IMG/VR virus record: IMGVR_UViG_3300021959_007005
Source: a virus
Taxonomy: Duplodnaviria > Caudoviricetes
Direction: 5' to 3' (one strand)
DNA length: 64,000 nt
Position numbers and translations under genes: made by a program. Within the stretch, counting starts at the first letter, position 1; every line of letters begins with the position of its first letter. The notes beneath the pieces are model-generated. The model was not told where the DNA came from and made no database searches. It saw only the letters and a program-made list of their open reading frames with translations. This document shows positions 27,214 through 36,607 of this stretch, in pieces.

Positions 27214-27755
27214 GCAACCATGTGTATGCGATCTTCGTTACTGCCATTAAATGCTGTATGATAGCATTTTTTAGTTTCAGTCCAATACCATTTGTTTTTT
27301 TCTAAATGCTCTACTTCTTTTTCAATTACCATGTAGCACCCAAACTGTGTTTTGATAGGATAGTGTATTCTGTTGTTGTAGTCATAATGCCAGCTCATTG
27401 CATATCTAGGATTTGTACGCATCAGTCTTACTCTGCCTACAGTATAATCATTAGTAAGAGCAGTATATAATTGTTCAAACTGTGTGCCTGCAAACACACT
27501 GCACAGTTTAGTAAAATCTTGTTCACGTAGTGCAGTTTCACGTTTAGGTACATGCACTCCATTTTCTGTGTCACTGGCACGGGCCCAATCTAAATCCAAA
27601 CTACCTACTCCTGCATAAGGACTGTCATTGTCGGGTGTAGCATTGATACAGATTTGATTCATGTGTTGCCAACTTAAAACGTTGTTGTGCAACATCTGTT
27701 CTAGTTCTTGATGAACATCTATACTAGGAAGATCTTTTAACTGTTTAAAATGCAT
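27201..27755 (-). CDS. 2OG-Fe(II) oxygenase, Asp/Asn beta-hydroxylase-like
   Basis: RVRLM, SWHYD, RIHYPI, YHTAFNG..DRIHMV. Confidence 0.78.
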   Translation of the reverse strand: MHFKQLKDLPSIDVHQELEQMLHNNVLSWQHMNQICINATPDNDSPYAGVGSLDLDWARASDTENGVHVPKRETALREQDFTKLCSVFAGTQFEQLYTALTNDYTVGRVRLMRTNPRYAMSWHYDYNNRIHYPIKTQFGCYMVIEKEVEHLEKNKWYWTETKKCYHTAFNGSNEDRIHMVACLL

Positions 27756-28375
27756 CAGTAATGTTTTATTTTTATGGGTTCTTTTGGAATAGAATAGAAA
27801 ATTTTATCGTTGTCAGCATGATGTATGCGTCTATTCAAGTTAGGATTTTTATGACCCACCCCCATAAGCAATAATATCTTGCGGTCTGTTTGTAGTATCT
27901 CTTTTATTGGTTCTGGATCTAAGCATTGACAGCACCCTGTACTATATCCTAGCATTGTGCTAGTAAGATTTAAGTATCCACTTGCGATACCTAATGCAAT
28001 ATTGGCATCTCTTTGGATTATTGTCTGGTCACTGTTTTCATCTAGTTCATTTTTATCAAGCACTCTAGAACTTGACTCAGCACTTGTAAACACAAATAAA
28101 ATATTTGCTAGTACTTGGCTGTTTGTAATTATTTCCTGTTCTTCATTGAACATTCTGAATCCAAAAGTGTAATTGTGTATCTGTTCTATGATGTTTCTAT
28201 CTTGTACAACACTCAAACCATAAAATGCATTATTTTGTTTGCTAGGGCATTGCGTTGCTGCATGAATCATTAGATCAATATCAGTTTGAGGTATAGGTTG
28301 TGATAAGTCCCAGTTACGTTGACAATGTTGACTTTTAATTACGCTTTTATGTATATTTGTGTGTATGTCTAACAT
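27755..28375 (-). CDS. Nitroreductase/FMN oxidoreductase family protein
   Basis: CQRNW, AATQCPSKQN, IALGIASGYLNLTSTMLGYSTGCC, LLMGVG. Confidence 0.78.
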   Translation of the reverse strand: MLDIHTNIHKSVIKSQHCQRNWDLSQPIPQTDIDLMIHAATQCPSKQNNAFYGLSVVQDRNIIEQIHNYTFGFRMFNEEQEIITNSQVLANILFVFTSAESSSRVLDKNELDENSDQTIIQRDANIALGIASGYLNLTSTMLGYSTGCCQCLDPEPIKEILQTDRKILLLMGVGHKNPNLNRRIHHADNDKIFYSIPKEPIKIKHY

Positions 28376-28384
28376 GGCGTATTC

Positions 28385-28663
28385 CTAAAAAAGTTCGTTT
28401 GTGGTTTCAATGATAGTAAAGTTTGTATTGTCTACACCGTCTGCCATTTTTGTACCTAGTAGCGTAAAATATTCATTGCATTCTGTTTCGTTATTAAAAG
28501 TTAGCCACGTAATAATATTGTCAGCGTCATCTGGATCTGCATTACTTCCTGAATCTAATATTTTTCCATCGGCTACCCAGTCGTCAAAGACAGCAGTTGC
28601 TTCCGTGTTTAAAATATTTTCTGCTGAATCGACTTGAATTTTTAAAGTTCTTTTGTATGCCAT
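28385..28663 (-). CDS. Small acidic Asn/Asp/Thr-rich protein, late-expressed (possibly virion-associated)
   Basis: GGAGGTG RBS and ATAAATA upstream. Confidence 0.75.
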   Translation of the reverse strand: MAYKRTLKIQVDSAENILNTEATAVFDDWVADGKILDSGSNADPDDADNIITWLTFNNETECNEYFTLLGTKMADGVDNTNFTIIETTNELF

Positions 28664-28687
28664 TTAATTACACCTCCACTATATTGA

Positions 28688-28694
28688 TATTTAT
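28688..28694 (-). promoter_or_regulatory. T4-like late promoter ATAAATA
   Basis: Overlaps the stop codon of the upstream rSAM gene, 24 nt before the ATG at 28663. Confidence 0.5.
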
Positions 28695-29803
28695 GCCTTT
28701 CGTTTTGGAATCTTACTATCAGCACTACTAACACAATTGTCACTAATACAAACTCTAGGCTTATCAAATAATTTAAATCCTGTTTCAATATTACCAAGAG
28801 GGACGTCTGCACAACTATAACTGCGTTTGATACTTCCGTCAGGCTCTCTGATAATGATTCCACTGTATCCTGCATTACAACTCCATCCCTTAAACTCATT
28901 GAAGTTGAAAGCATTAAACCGTTCTGCTTGGTCCATGTACCATTTCTTGCCTGTAGAGTCTGTAAACTCTACTTGCATGTGCCATGGCACACTCTTGTCA
29001 TTCTCACCTATTGCGTAAGGCGGCAATTCGAAACTTGGCCGTGGACGATCCGCCCATTTGCGTTTCGATTCAGTATACGCCATTTGAGGCATACCGTTCC
29101 ACAATCGCTGTAGCATTTCATCTGTGTAACCGTCCACGACTCTAGACGCCGTTGGATCTGATTGTGGCTTGAGGGTAACGTTGATTCCTTGCTCGTGGAA
29201 GAACAATGCGTTTTCCCAGTCCCTCTCAAACCAGTTTGGAACCATAACCATATTGATTGTAACTTGAACATCATGCTCCTGACACAAGATTAGTTTATCT
29301 GCAAAGTCTTGTAACTTCTCAGTAGTATTTAAATGTTCTGTGTGTAAACTAGCGGTTATACTAGCTCTATGGAAGGGTTTTACACGTTCTACATAATCCT
29401 CATGCCACTTCATATTGCGTGACATATTAGTTGTCATATGAACACTAGTATAATTTGTGTTTAATATATCGCTGGCAAGGTGTTGTAGGATGTCAAGGTA
29501 GCCGGGATGAAAGGTAGGTTCTCCCCCAGACAGGGAGAAGTGGAAACTATTGAAGCCGTTAGCTCTTGCTTGGGATTTGATTTCATCCACTGTATGCAAG
29601 CAGAGCTCAGTAGGTCGGTGGTCTTTACGGTCGGAACGGGCGTAAGGCCAACAGTACGAGCATTTGTAGTTGCAAAATCTTCCGAGCAGCCAACTAACAG
29701 TAAACAAGTCGCGATAAAGCAAAGTCCTTTGCCCAACGCTGACGATATCGTCAAAGGGTATTTTAGTAAAATCATATTCACTCCATTTTAAGTCTTCTGT
29801 CAT
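28691..29803 (-). CDS. Radical SAM protein (C-terminal twitch/SPASM remnant)
   Basis: RFCNYKCSYC, SGGEPT, TTN, and CNAG...G..KRSYSC. Start moved to MTEDLKW. Confidence 0.88.
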   Translation of the reverse strand: MTEDLKWSEYDFTKIPFDDIVSVGQRTLLYRDLFTVSWLLGRFCNYKCSYCWPYARSDRKDHRPTELCLHTVDEIKSQARANGFNSFHFSLSGGEPTFHPGYLDILQHLASDILNTNYTSVHMTTNMSRNMKWHEDYVERVKPFHRASITASLHTEHLNTTEKLQDFADKLILCQEHDVQVTINMVMVPNWFERDWENALFFHEQGINVTLKPQSDPTASRVVDGYTDEMLQRLWNGMPQMAYTESKRKWADRPRPSFELPPYAIGENDKSVPWHMQVEFTDSTGKKWYMDQAERFNAFNFNEFKGWSCNAGYSGIIIREPDGSIKRSYSCADVPLGNIETGFKLFDKPRVCISDNCVSSADSKIPKRKA

Positions 29804-30354
29804 AATTTTGCAAATAACTCCAAAAATCGTTCTGCGCCATTTGCGACATTTTTTGACCATTCTTGGGCAGCATTTTCATCTGCCATATCACTAATGTATT
29901 TAAAACTTCTAAAAGGTATATTATATTCTTGTGCAACATATGCCAGTGCATAACCTTCCATGTCTACACAGTCAATGTCTGCTTCCACAAACCATTTGTC
30001 TGGACCCATAACAAAACTATCACCAGTACCACACCTTAATTGCATAACTGGACTCGCTGTACCAATATCACTGAGTATAGGATCGCTAAACGGTACTACA
30101 CCCCTATCAACCATAGGCATTGCCATCATATCACGCTGTACAAATGTACCTATCTCACGCATGCCTTTGACCATAGGATTAAGCCCACCTGCTGTGCCGT
30201 AATTGACAATTAGATTTGGCTTAGTGCTTTTACATAGTGCTTGTGCCAGTCGTGTTGCAGCTTGTACTTTACCAACACCTGTGTAAACTACTGTGGTATT
30301 TTTAGGAGGATTTGGAAGTTCTTCTTCCAATGCTACAACTAATAATATATTCAT
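29800..30354 (-). CDS. mtnN: 5'-methylthioadenosine/S-adenosylhomocysteine nucleosidase (Pfs-like)
   Basis: VVALEEE, TGVGKVQAA, NYGTAGG, TGDSF, VDMEGYA, KYISDMAD. Confidence 0.88.
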   Translation of the reverse strand: MNILLVVALEEELPNPPKNTTVVYTGVGKVQAATRLAQALCKSTKPNLIVNYGTAGGLNPMVKGMREIGTFVQRDMMAMPMVDRGVVPFSDPILSDIGTASPVMQLRCGTGDSFVMGPDKWFVEADIDCVDMEGYALAYVAQEYNIPFRSFKYISDMADENAAQEWSKNVANGAERFLELFAKL

Positions 30355-31310
30355 AATTCTTCCTTGATAAATTTATCTTGTTTCATTTGTTTGCATACTT
30401 GCATACATCGTGGAACAGGATTGTCGCTATCCCAACTCTGTTGAATATTTTGCCATACAGTACTATGTATTGCATCTTTTATGCTAACATTTTGTAAATT
30501 AATTGTATCAATATAATTGTTGTCCAACAACAGTTGTTCAAATTGATCTTTCACTTCACCTGTTACACTATATTCCATCATCTTGCTATTTAAATGACAA
30601 CAAGGAATAACATTGCCCATATGATTTATGAATATACGTTTTTGATTACCGTACTTACAACTAATATACGGTATTTCTGGCGCATTGTCAATCTTTTCAG
30701 TCTTGGCTGACTTGACTCCGCCAGTTGTGTCTTTTCTGTGACTGATAATAGTTTTAAAACTTTTAAATCCTTCAGTAGTTGCTTTGGCTTTTGCTTCTTC
30801 TAACTGATGTTCATTGTGTTCAAACACAATAAACTGCCAGTTACTTCTACCACCAGCGGCATTGAACGCACGATAGTTTTGTTCTACTTTTGTAAAATTA
30901 CTGCCTTGTCTATATACTTCACTTAGTTCATCACTGCCGTCAATACCCCAAGTAACAGCATGACTAGGCGGTAATATACCAGCTAGTTCAGTCCACCATT
31001 TTGTAGTACGCAAACTGCCATTAGTAGCAATGTTTATGTGAGCATTCCAGTCAGCAAAGTGACGTATAATATCAAAAAACTGTGGGTGTGTTGTAGGTTC
31101 GTCCACACTGCCGCAAAAATTAATAATTTTAATACTAGGAAATTGTCCACGCACAAATCGTTCACGTATAGTATCTATGGTAATGTAGTGTTTATTGAGT
31201 ATTTTATCAGCTTGTTTGCTAATAATTCTAAAACAACCTTTGCATTCTATGTTACAATAACTAGTAAGCTCTATGTCTAGCCATTCTATAGTATCCATGC
31301 TCCACATCAT
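30351..31310 (-). CDS. Radical SAM/SPASM(twitch) protein
   Basis: SYCNIECKGC, TNGS, IFINHMGNVIPCC, C-terminal CxxxC. Confidence 0.88.
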   Translation of the reverse strand: MMWSMDTIEWLDIELTSYCNIECKGCFRIISKQADKILNKHYITIDTIRERFVRGQFPSIKIINFCGSVDEPTTHPQFFDIIRHFADWNAHINIATNGSLRTTKWWTELAGILPPSHAVTWGIDGSDELSEVYRQGSNFTKVEQNYRAFNAAGGRSNWQFIVFEHNEHQLEEAKAKATTEGFKSFKTIISHRKDTTGGVKSAKTEKIDNAPEIPYISCKYGNQKRIFINHMGNVIPCCHLNSKMMEYSVTGEVKDQFEQLLLDNNYIDTINLQNVSIKDAIHSTVWQNIQQSWDSDNPVPRCMQVCKQMKQDKFIKEEL

Positions 31311-31852
31311 TGTCTCTCCTGCATGGGATCAATACTTAAATTGTTTACACAGTATCCTTGTGGCTGATCCAATACCCATTTGATATATTCAGCAGCTACA
31401 TCTGTGTGCATACATACCCTGTCAGGATGCTTATGTTGATTATTGTCGAGTGTTCCAAAACTAATCAGTGTTATCTTAGGACCACTGTGCCAAACTCCTA
31501 TTAGTCCCAGACTATTACAGTAATCAGCTAGCGCACGTTTCTCTGCATTGTACAACCAACTTGTGCCTTTACTAGTTCTGTCTGTTGTACTGCCTACACA
31601 TACAATATGTGCGTCATTGTTGGCTGTTTTACACGCCTTGTATACTAGATCCAGTAGCACAGTTTGATGGAAGCGCCATAGTGCGCTATTGATAATGATT
31701 TGACTGTGTTTAGCAGCTTCTTGTGCAAACCACTCCATATCACTGTTGTCAGTAAGGTTCACACCTGTGCTTCTACTCACAAACTTTGCATTAGGATACA
31801 GTTTGTGTATACTGTGTGCTAGTCCTTGTCTTGAATTGCCTGTTACTATCAT
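31307..31852 (-). CDS. Short-chain dehydrogenase/reductase-like protein
   Basis: IVTG...GLA, IINSA, VGS, catalytic YNAEK. Confidence 0.75.
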   Translation of the reverse strand: MIVTGNSRQGLAHSIHKLYPNAKFVSRSTGVNLTDNSDMEWFAQEAAKHSQIIINSALWRFHQTVLLDLVYKACKTANNDAHIVCVGSTTDRTSKGTSWLYNAEKRALADYCNSLGLIGVWHSGPKITLISFGTLDNNQHKHPDRVCMHTDVAAEYIKWVLDQPQGYCVNNLSIDPMQERQ

Positions 31853-33051
31853 CCAAATATACTCATGTCTTCTATATGTTGTGGCATAATTTCCATTAAT
31901 GCATCAAGCTCAGTTGCTTTGGGTGTACACATACCACATCCACAATGCTTACCTGGTCCCAGTGGACACGTAATAACAGGCATTGTTTTATTTTCCAAGT
32001 TAGTACGTAGTTCGTCTATAATTTTATCACAGTCTGTAATAGTACCAATCGGTCCACGAGTACCGTCAAACTTGGCTTGACATGTCTGATGATGCCATAT
32101 AGTATCTGTTTGTTGTTCAATGTGTAGGAAGAACCAGTTAACACTACACTGCCAGTTACGGAATTTAGCAAAGTCCAAGAATGTACTTTTACTCCAGCAA
32201 CCATCACTACCACATGTTTCCATTGTACGACTACCACAACATGGACGTCCTAGTTCTCTAGCAAACTTTTTCTCTGGGGGTTTCTCAGTTGCCATCATCA
32301 TTACACCCGCTGGTGGTTTCTTTACTGGAGCAGGCTTAGGCTTGTCGTTTAGTGCGGCGTTTTTATTTGCCCAGTAGTCTTTCATCCACTGTAGTTGCTC
32401 ATCTGTGTAGCGGTGTGCATATGAGTTTTTACTATCCTCATGCTCGCCAATCATTCGTGGCACATATCCAATACCATCACGCTCAAACTGTATACACAAG
32501 TCTTTACACTCGTCCCAGTACTCTGCGTGAAACATTACATTAATCTTAATTGGAAATTTATGCTCAGTAAAATAATATATATTATCTATTACTTGCTTTT
32601 TAAGATTGGCATGTGCTTCTGCATGGTAACTAATAGTCATAAATCCATAATTAGCAATAACATTATCTGCCATCTTCTTGCCAAATGCGCCGTTACTGGT
32701 AATAGTAAGGGTCATTTTAAAGTCGTCAGCATATTTCTCATTGTATGTATCACGTAACCACTGACCAAATGCTAAAAAGTTTGGATTATTTGTGGGCTCT
32801 CCACCAGTAAAGTTTAAATTAATACGCTTATTCTTTTTGTGTGGCATCATTAGTTGTGCGTAATCAAATACAAACTCTCCAGTCTTTTGCAGTGTAGCTA
32901 AGTCAGCATGTTTACTAAAGTTATCATGACGGTGTGGGGGACAATATGTACAATCATAGTTACAGCGTCTACCTACATCCCAAGTAACAGTTAAGTTGTC
33001 ACCATCCAGTAAATTAATAGCTGTGAAATCTTTTTGTTCTAATTCTAGCAT
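31849..33051 (-). CDS. Radical SAM protein
   Basis: RRCNYDCTYC, TGGEPT, and several C-terminal Cys clusters. Confidence 0.88.
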   Translation of the reverse strand: MLELEQKDFTAINLLDGDNLTVTWDVGRRCNYDCTYCPPHRHDNFSKHADLATLQKTGEFVFDYAQLMMPHKKNKRINLNFTGGEPTNNPNFLAFGQWLRDTYNEKYADDFKMTLTITSNGAFGKKMADNVIANYGFMTISYHAEAHANLKKQVIDNIYYFTEHKFPIKINVMFHAEYWDECKDLCIQFERDGIGYVPRMIGEHEDSKNSYAHRYTDEQLQWMKDYWANKNAALNDKPKPAPVKKPPAGVMMMATEKPPEKKFARELGRPCCGSRTMETCGSDGCWSKSTFLDFAKFRNWQCSVNWFFLHIEQQTDTIWHHQTCQAKFDGTRGPIGTITDCDKIIDELRTNLENKTMPVITCPLGPGKHCGCGMCTPKATELDALMEIMPQHIEDMSIFG

Positions 33052-34367
33052 CAGCGTGGGGTCTCCAAAAATTCAATTATATCAGCATGTAGATAATCAT
33101 TATAAGTTTGATTTCTACTTTTGTCAAATGCTGTTACTTCTTTGAGCATGTTAAGTCTATGTTGTTCAGTAACAGTCATCTCCAGATGCTGCTGTAAAAA
33201 TGTAATAATGTTTTGTGTATTAACAAAAAATTTAGTCTCTTCGTTGGGAATTATAGCACTTAGTTGTTGTATCAGATCTTGTTTTATATGTTTGGGCAAG
33301 AACTTTATATTAATGTACTTATTCTCTGGCCAAAGTAGGTCTATCCAAAAACTCCAACTTAGTTGAGATTTACCGTAGACTGTGTGCAACTGGTAATGGT
33401 AATTGTAAAGATCCACTAAGTGGTGTACGTTTAGTGCAGTTACTACTGGATTAAAATTCACTGTGCCCGGGCGAGTGTTTTTACTGAGATAGTTTTCCAC
33501 GCTGTGTGTTAAACGATCCCATGTCCATGGATAACGCATGTAATGATAATTGTTCCCAATACTGTCTATGCTTGCATTCAGTCTCAGTTCTTTAAATTGA
33601 TTTAATTTATTCATCAGCTTGTCAGTAAACTTTGTACAATTACTATGAAACTCTAATACAATATTCTTAGCACAGTCACGCTCAATAGCAGTGTCAAGGA
33701 ATTGTAAAAAACCACCACTGAGTGTTGTTTCGCCACCAGTGGCTTTAATCTGTGTTAATTCGTGAATATTATCTAATATATCTTGCCATTGATGATTGTC
33801 TTGATCAAAATTATGCACAGCATACTCATTACCTGGGTCACTGTTTAATGCCTGTGTAAAAGGATGATCACTGGCATAATCAAAGTCCTGCATACCAACA
33901 GTGTCGATGTCATTTTCTAAAAAATATCTATAATCTATTCTAAGTTTGTTGCTTAACCCTGGCATACATATACGACATCTTAAATTACAATTCTCTCCGA
34001 AACTAAAATCAATTACTTGTAATACGGGGTCAGTTAATAACTGGGAGTCGTGATATTTTATTTCACTTAGCCGATAACTACTTGCTCCACGATCTTCCAT
34101 ACGCCAACATACATCACAAGCACTGTGTCGCTCACCTGCTAACATGGTTGCTCGTAACTCAGACATCTCTTCACCGTGAAATATTTCTTTAGCAGTGGGA
34201 GTAGTGGTTTTAAGTTTAGTTACCAAGCCCATTGGATCAGGTGTTTCAGGACGTATCATATTACAACACGGTGTGGCATTGGTAATACTTTGAGAATTCC
34301 ATTCTTTAAGAGCTAGCTGTGTGAACGGATGCCAGCAAAATGTATTTTGTTTACTTGGATGCACCAA
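33051..34367 (-). CDS. Radical SAM protein with an N-terminal twitch domain
   Basis: FCWHPF..PCC, CDVCW, NCNLRCRIC, TGGE. Confidence 0.88.
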   Translation of the reverse strand: MVHPSKQNTFCWHPFTQLALKEWNSQSITNATPCCNMIRPETPDPMGLVTKLKTTTPTAKEIFHGEEMSELRATMLAGERHSACDVCWRMEDRGASSYRLSEIKYHDSQLLTDPVLQVIDFSFGENCNLRCRICMPGLSNKLRIDYRYFLENDIDTVGMQDFDYASDHPFTQALNSDPGNEYAVHNFDQDNHQWQDILDNIHELTQIKATGGETTLSGGFLQFLDTAIERDCAKNIVLEFHSNCTKFTDKLMNKLNQFKELRLNASIDSIGNNYHYMRYPWTWDRLTHSVENYLSKNTRPGTVNFNPVVTALNVHHLVDLYNYHYQLHTVYGKSQLSWSFWIDLLWPENKYINIKFLPKHIKQDLIQQLSAIIPNEETKFFVNTQNIITFLQQHLEMTVTEQHRLNMLKEVTAFDKSRNQTYNDYLHADIIEFLETPR

Positions 34368-35214
34368 CTACTCCCAATGCCCATGCTCTTTCTGCACACC
34401 AAAAACAACCCCCTTGTGAATTGTCGGTGATATCATTACAGGTCACCAATGGTGTAATACCATGTTCATATTCAGTATAGTCTTTGAATGGTTCTGACTC
34501 CATAAATTTAAACAAGTTTTTGTCACCTTCGCAACTTCTGGTGGTGTTGAATAAGTCCATCCAGTTATTGCGTATGTATTCATTAATAATAAAGTCTTTG
34601 GTTACTAGTTTCCAGGGATGACATCCTACAAAACCATTCTGCCGCTGATACTGCGGGCAGTATGTGGCAAATTCCAATTTTAACTGATCCCAACTTCTAT
34701 CCCATGGTTTTTCTCTGTGTGTTAGTTGTGAGTCAGATGGATTATTGGTTATAAAGTTGTACACTGCATCTAAGTTATAGGTATGTACAGCAAATTGATT
34801 AAAACTTCTTGTACATATTCTGTCACCAGTGGTGCCGATTTGTTCAATAACTCCTATAGCACCATCTTCTATCTCAGGCGGAATAAAATTTTGTACTCTT
34901 TGCATGATCACATCAGGAAACATTTCACGTAATTTATTGTATACTTCTACACTAATAGGGGCTGCCCATGGTCTATTGTTCCATACTCTCACATTGGTAA
35001 GCACTGTGATTGCTGTATTGTTTCCGTGTTCTAGTATAAGTTTACACAGTGTTGCAGTACCAACTGCACTGTCTGCTCCTCCACTTAGATTTACACCTAT
35101 ATTAGCCCAAGCAGGATCATATGGATAAAGTAATCCATTTACATCATGAAGTACACTTGGGTCTACACCAAACTTCTCGTAACTGCTATTGCTTAATTTA
35201 ATATTAAATGTCAT
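34351..35214 (-). CDS. QueC/ExsB-like PP-loop ATPase
   Basis: PP-loop LSGGADS, TRSC, and C-terminal GCFWCAER resembling the QueC zinc site. Confidence 0.72.
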   Translation of the reverse strand: MTFNIKLSNSSYEKFGVDPSVLHDVNGLLYPYDPAWANIGVNLSGGADSAVGTATLCKLILEHGNNTAITVLTNVRVWNNRPWAAPISVEVYNKLREMFPDVIMQRVQNFIPPEIEDGAIGVIEQIGTTGDRICTRSFNQFAVHTYNLDAVYNFITNNPSDSQLTHREKPWDRSWDQLKLEFATYCPQYQRQNGFVGCHPWKLVTKDFIINEYIRNNWMDLFNTTRSCEGDKNLFKFMESEPFKDYTEYEHGITPLVTCNDITDNSQGGCFWCAERAWALGVVGASK

Positions 35215-36607
35215 TGAATATATCTTTCATTTCTGGGAATGTTGCACTGAAACTGTTGTTGCGTTGACGATCACATAAACTTAAAAATTCTTTCATTTCA
35301 GGCAAGCGTACACTCCAGTCTTCACTTTCCATAAACTGTATCATACCTTCAAGTCGTTTAATACCGTAGTCAGCGGTTCGCCATTCTTCGTAAGTAACTT
35401 TGCCCTTGTGCCAACTGGGTATACTTAATTCCCAGTTTTCTTCCCACCATGGATAAAACTCCTTGTATTTTTTACGACACTCAGCTTTAAACCAGGCTGG
35501 TAGTACTTTAACATTTAAGTGTGCTGGATGATATACAAAGTGATAGTTTATACCACCTGCGCCAAACGGCCACATGTTTATTTTATTAAACCGTTGCTCT
35601 AGTTTCCAACGGATAAAGTCTGGTAGATAATAGATGTTTAGAGCTTGCACTGCACATGCAACTGTAATTTCAACATTATTACTTGTTTCTTTATCAAGTA
35701 TATGAAATACTTCTTCTGTGCGTTTCCATTTACTAGGATATCGAATATAATCATTCATTTCGTGTATACTATCTACACTATAATGGAATCTTACCAGTTT
35801 AAATTCTTTCCACAAGTCAAATAAATCCTCCCTCCATTCAACTCCATTTGAGTTATAACGTAGTTCTAAATTCTTTGCATGCCCTTGCTTAATACATTCT
35901 TCAAGTATCTCATAGTGTTCATCAATAATTAAACTCTCACCGCCAGCAAAATATATCTGTTGCATATTTGGAATCTGTTCGTAAAACTGTTCCCAGAATA
36001 CTGGATTATGTTTATGCCAGTTGTAACTGCTTCCATTAATACTGCCTTTGTCACGCCATTGTGTATTGCTTTTCAAACTTTCATTTTGTATTTGAGGATT
36101 TATTGCTTTCCAGTCTTTAATCCAACCTGATGAATCGTGTGGACTACACATAACACAAGCTAGTTGACACTTTGTGCCAAAGCGTAAATCAATGTATGCC
36201 AAGTTAGGAGGCACTTCTCCGTTCTCTTGTGTATTTTGTATGAGACTTTCTAGATCTGTGCGTTGCATCCAATATGCGGTCTCCCACTGACGTTTACTAC
36301 GATGCCCTGCTGCTTCTTCCTTGTAACATTTTACACAACTAGGAGGTTGTTCGCCGTTGAGCATTTGCTTGCGAACGTTCTTCATGTATGTACTGTTCCA
36401 CGAACTTTGAAAATCAGTTATGTTTAAATTGTTGGGTTTGCCTTCATCGTCTTTAAGTACTCCAACCATACCCCCGTGTTCTTTATCATTAGTGGCGCCA
36501 ACACTACTAGCATTTGCAGTACAACATACTCGCATACTGCCATCTGGCCTTGTACTAAGATGCACCCAGGGCAGTATACAAAATGTGTCACTTGGTATTT
36601 TTGTCAT
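35204..36607 (-). CDS. Radical SAM protein with an N-terminal twitch domain
   Basis: FCILPWVH...DGSMRVCC, CVKC, KCQLACVMC, FAGGE. Confidence 0.9.
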   Translation of the reverse strand: MTKIPSDTFCILPWVHLSTRPDGSMRVCCTANASSVGATNDKEHGGMVGVLKDDEGKPNNLNITDFQSSWNSTYMKNVRKQMLNGEQPPSCVKCYKEEAAGHRSKRQWETAYWMQRTDLESLIQNTQENGEVPPNLAYIDLRFGTKCQLACVMCSPHDSSGWIKDWKAINPQIQNESLKSNTQWRDKGSINGSSYNWHKHNPVFWEQFYEQIPNMQQIYFAGGESLIIDEHYEILEECIKQGHAKNLELRYNSNGVEWREDLFDLWKEFKLVRFHYSVDSIHEMNDYIRYPSKWKRTEEVFHILDKETSNNVEITVACAVQALNIYYLPDFIRWKLEQRFNKINMWPFGAGGINYHFVYHPAHLNVKVLPAWFKAECRKKYKEFYPWWEENWELSIPSWHKGKVTYEEWRTADYGIKRLEGMIQFMESEDWSVRLPEMKEFLSLCDRQRNNSFSATFPEMKDIFNDI

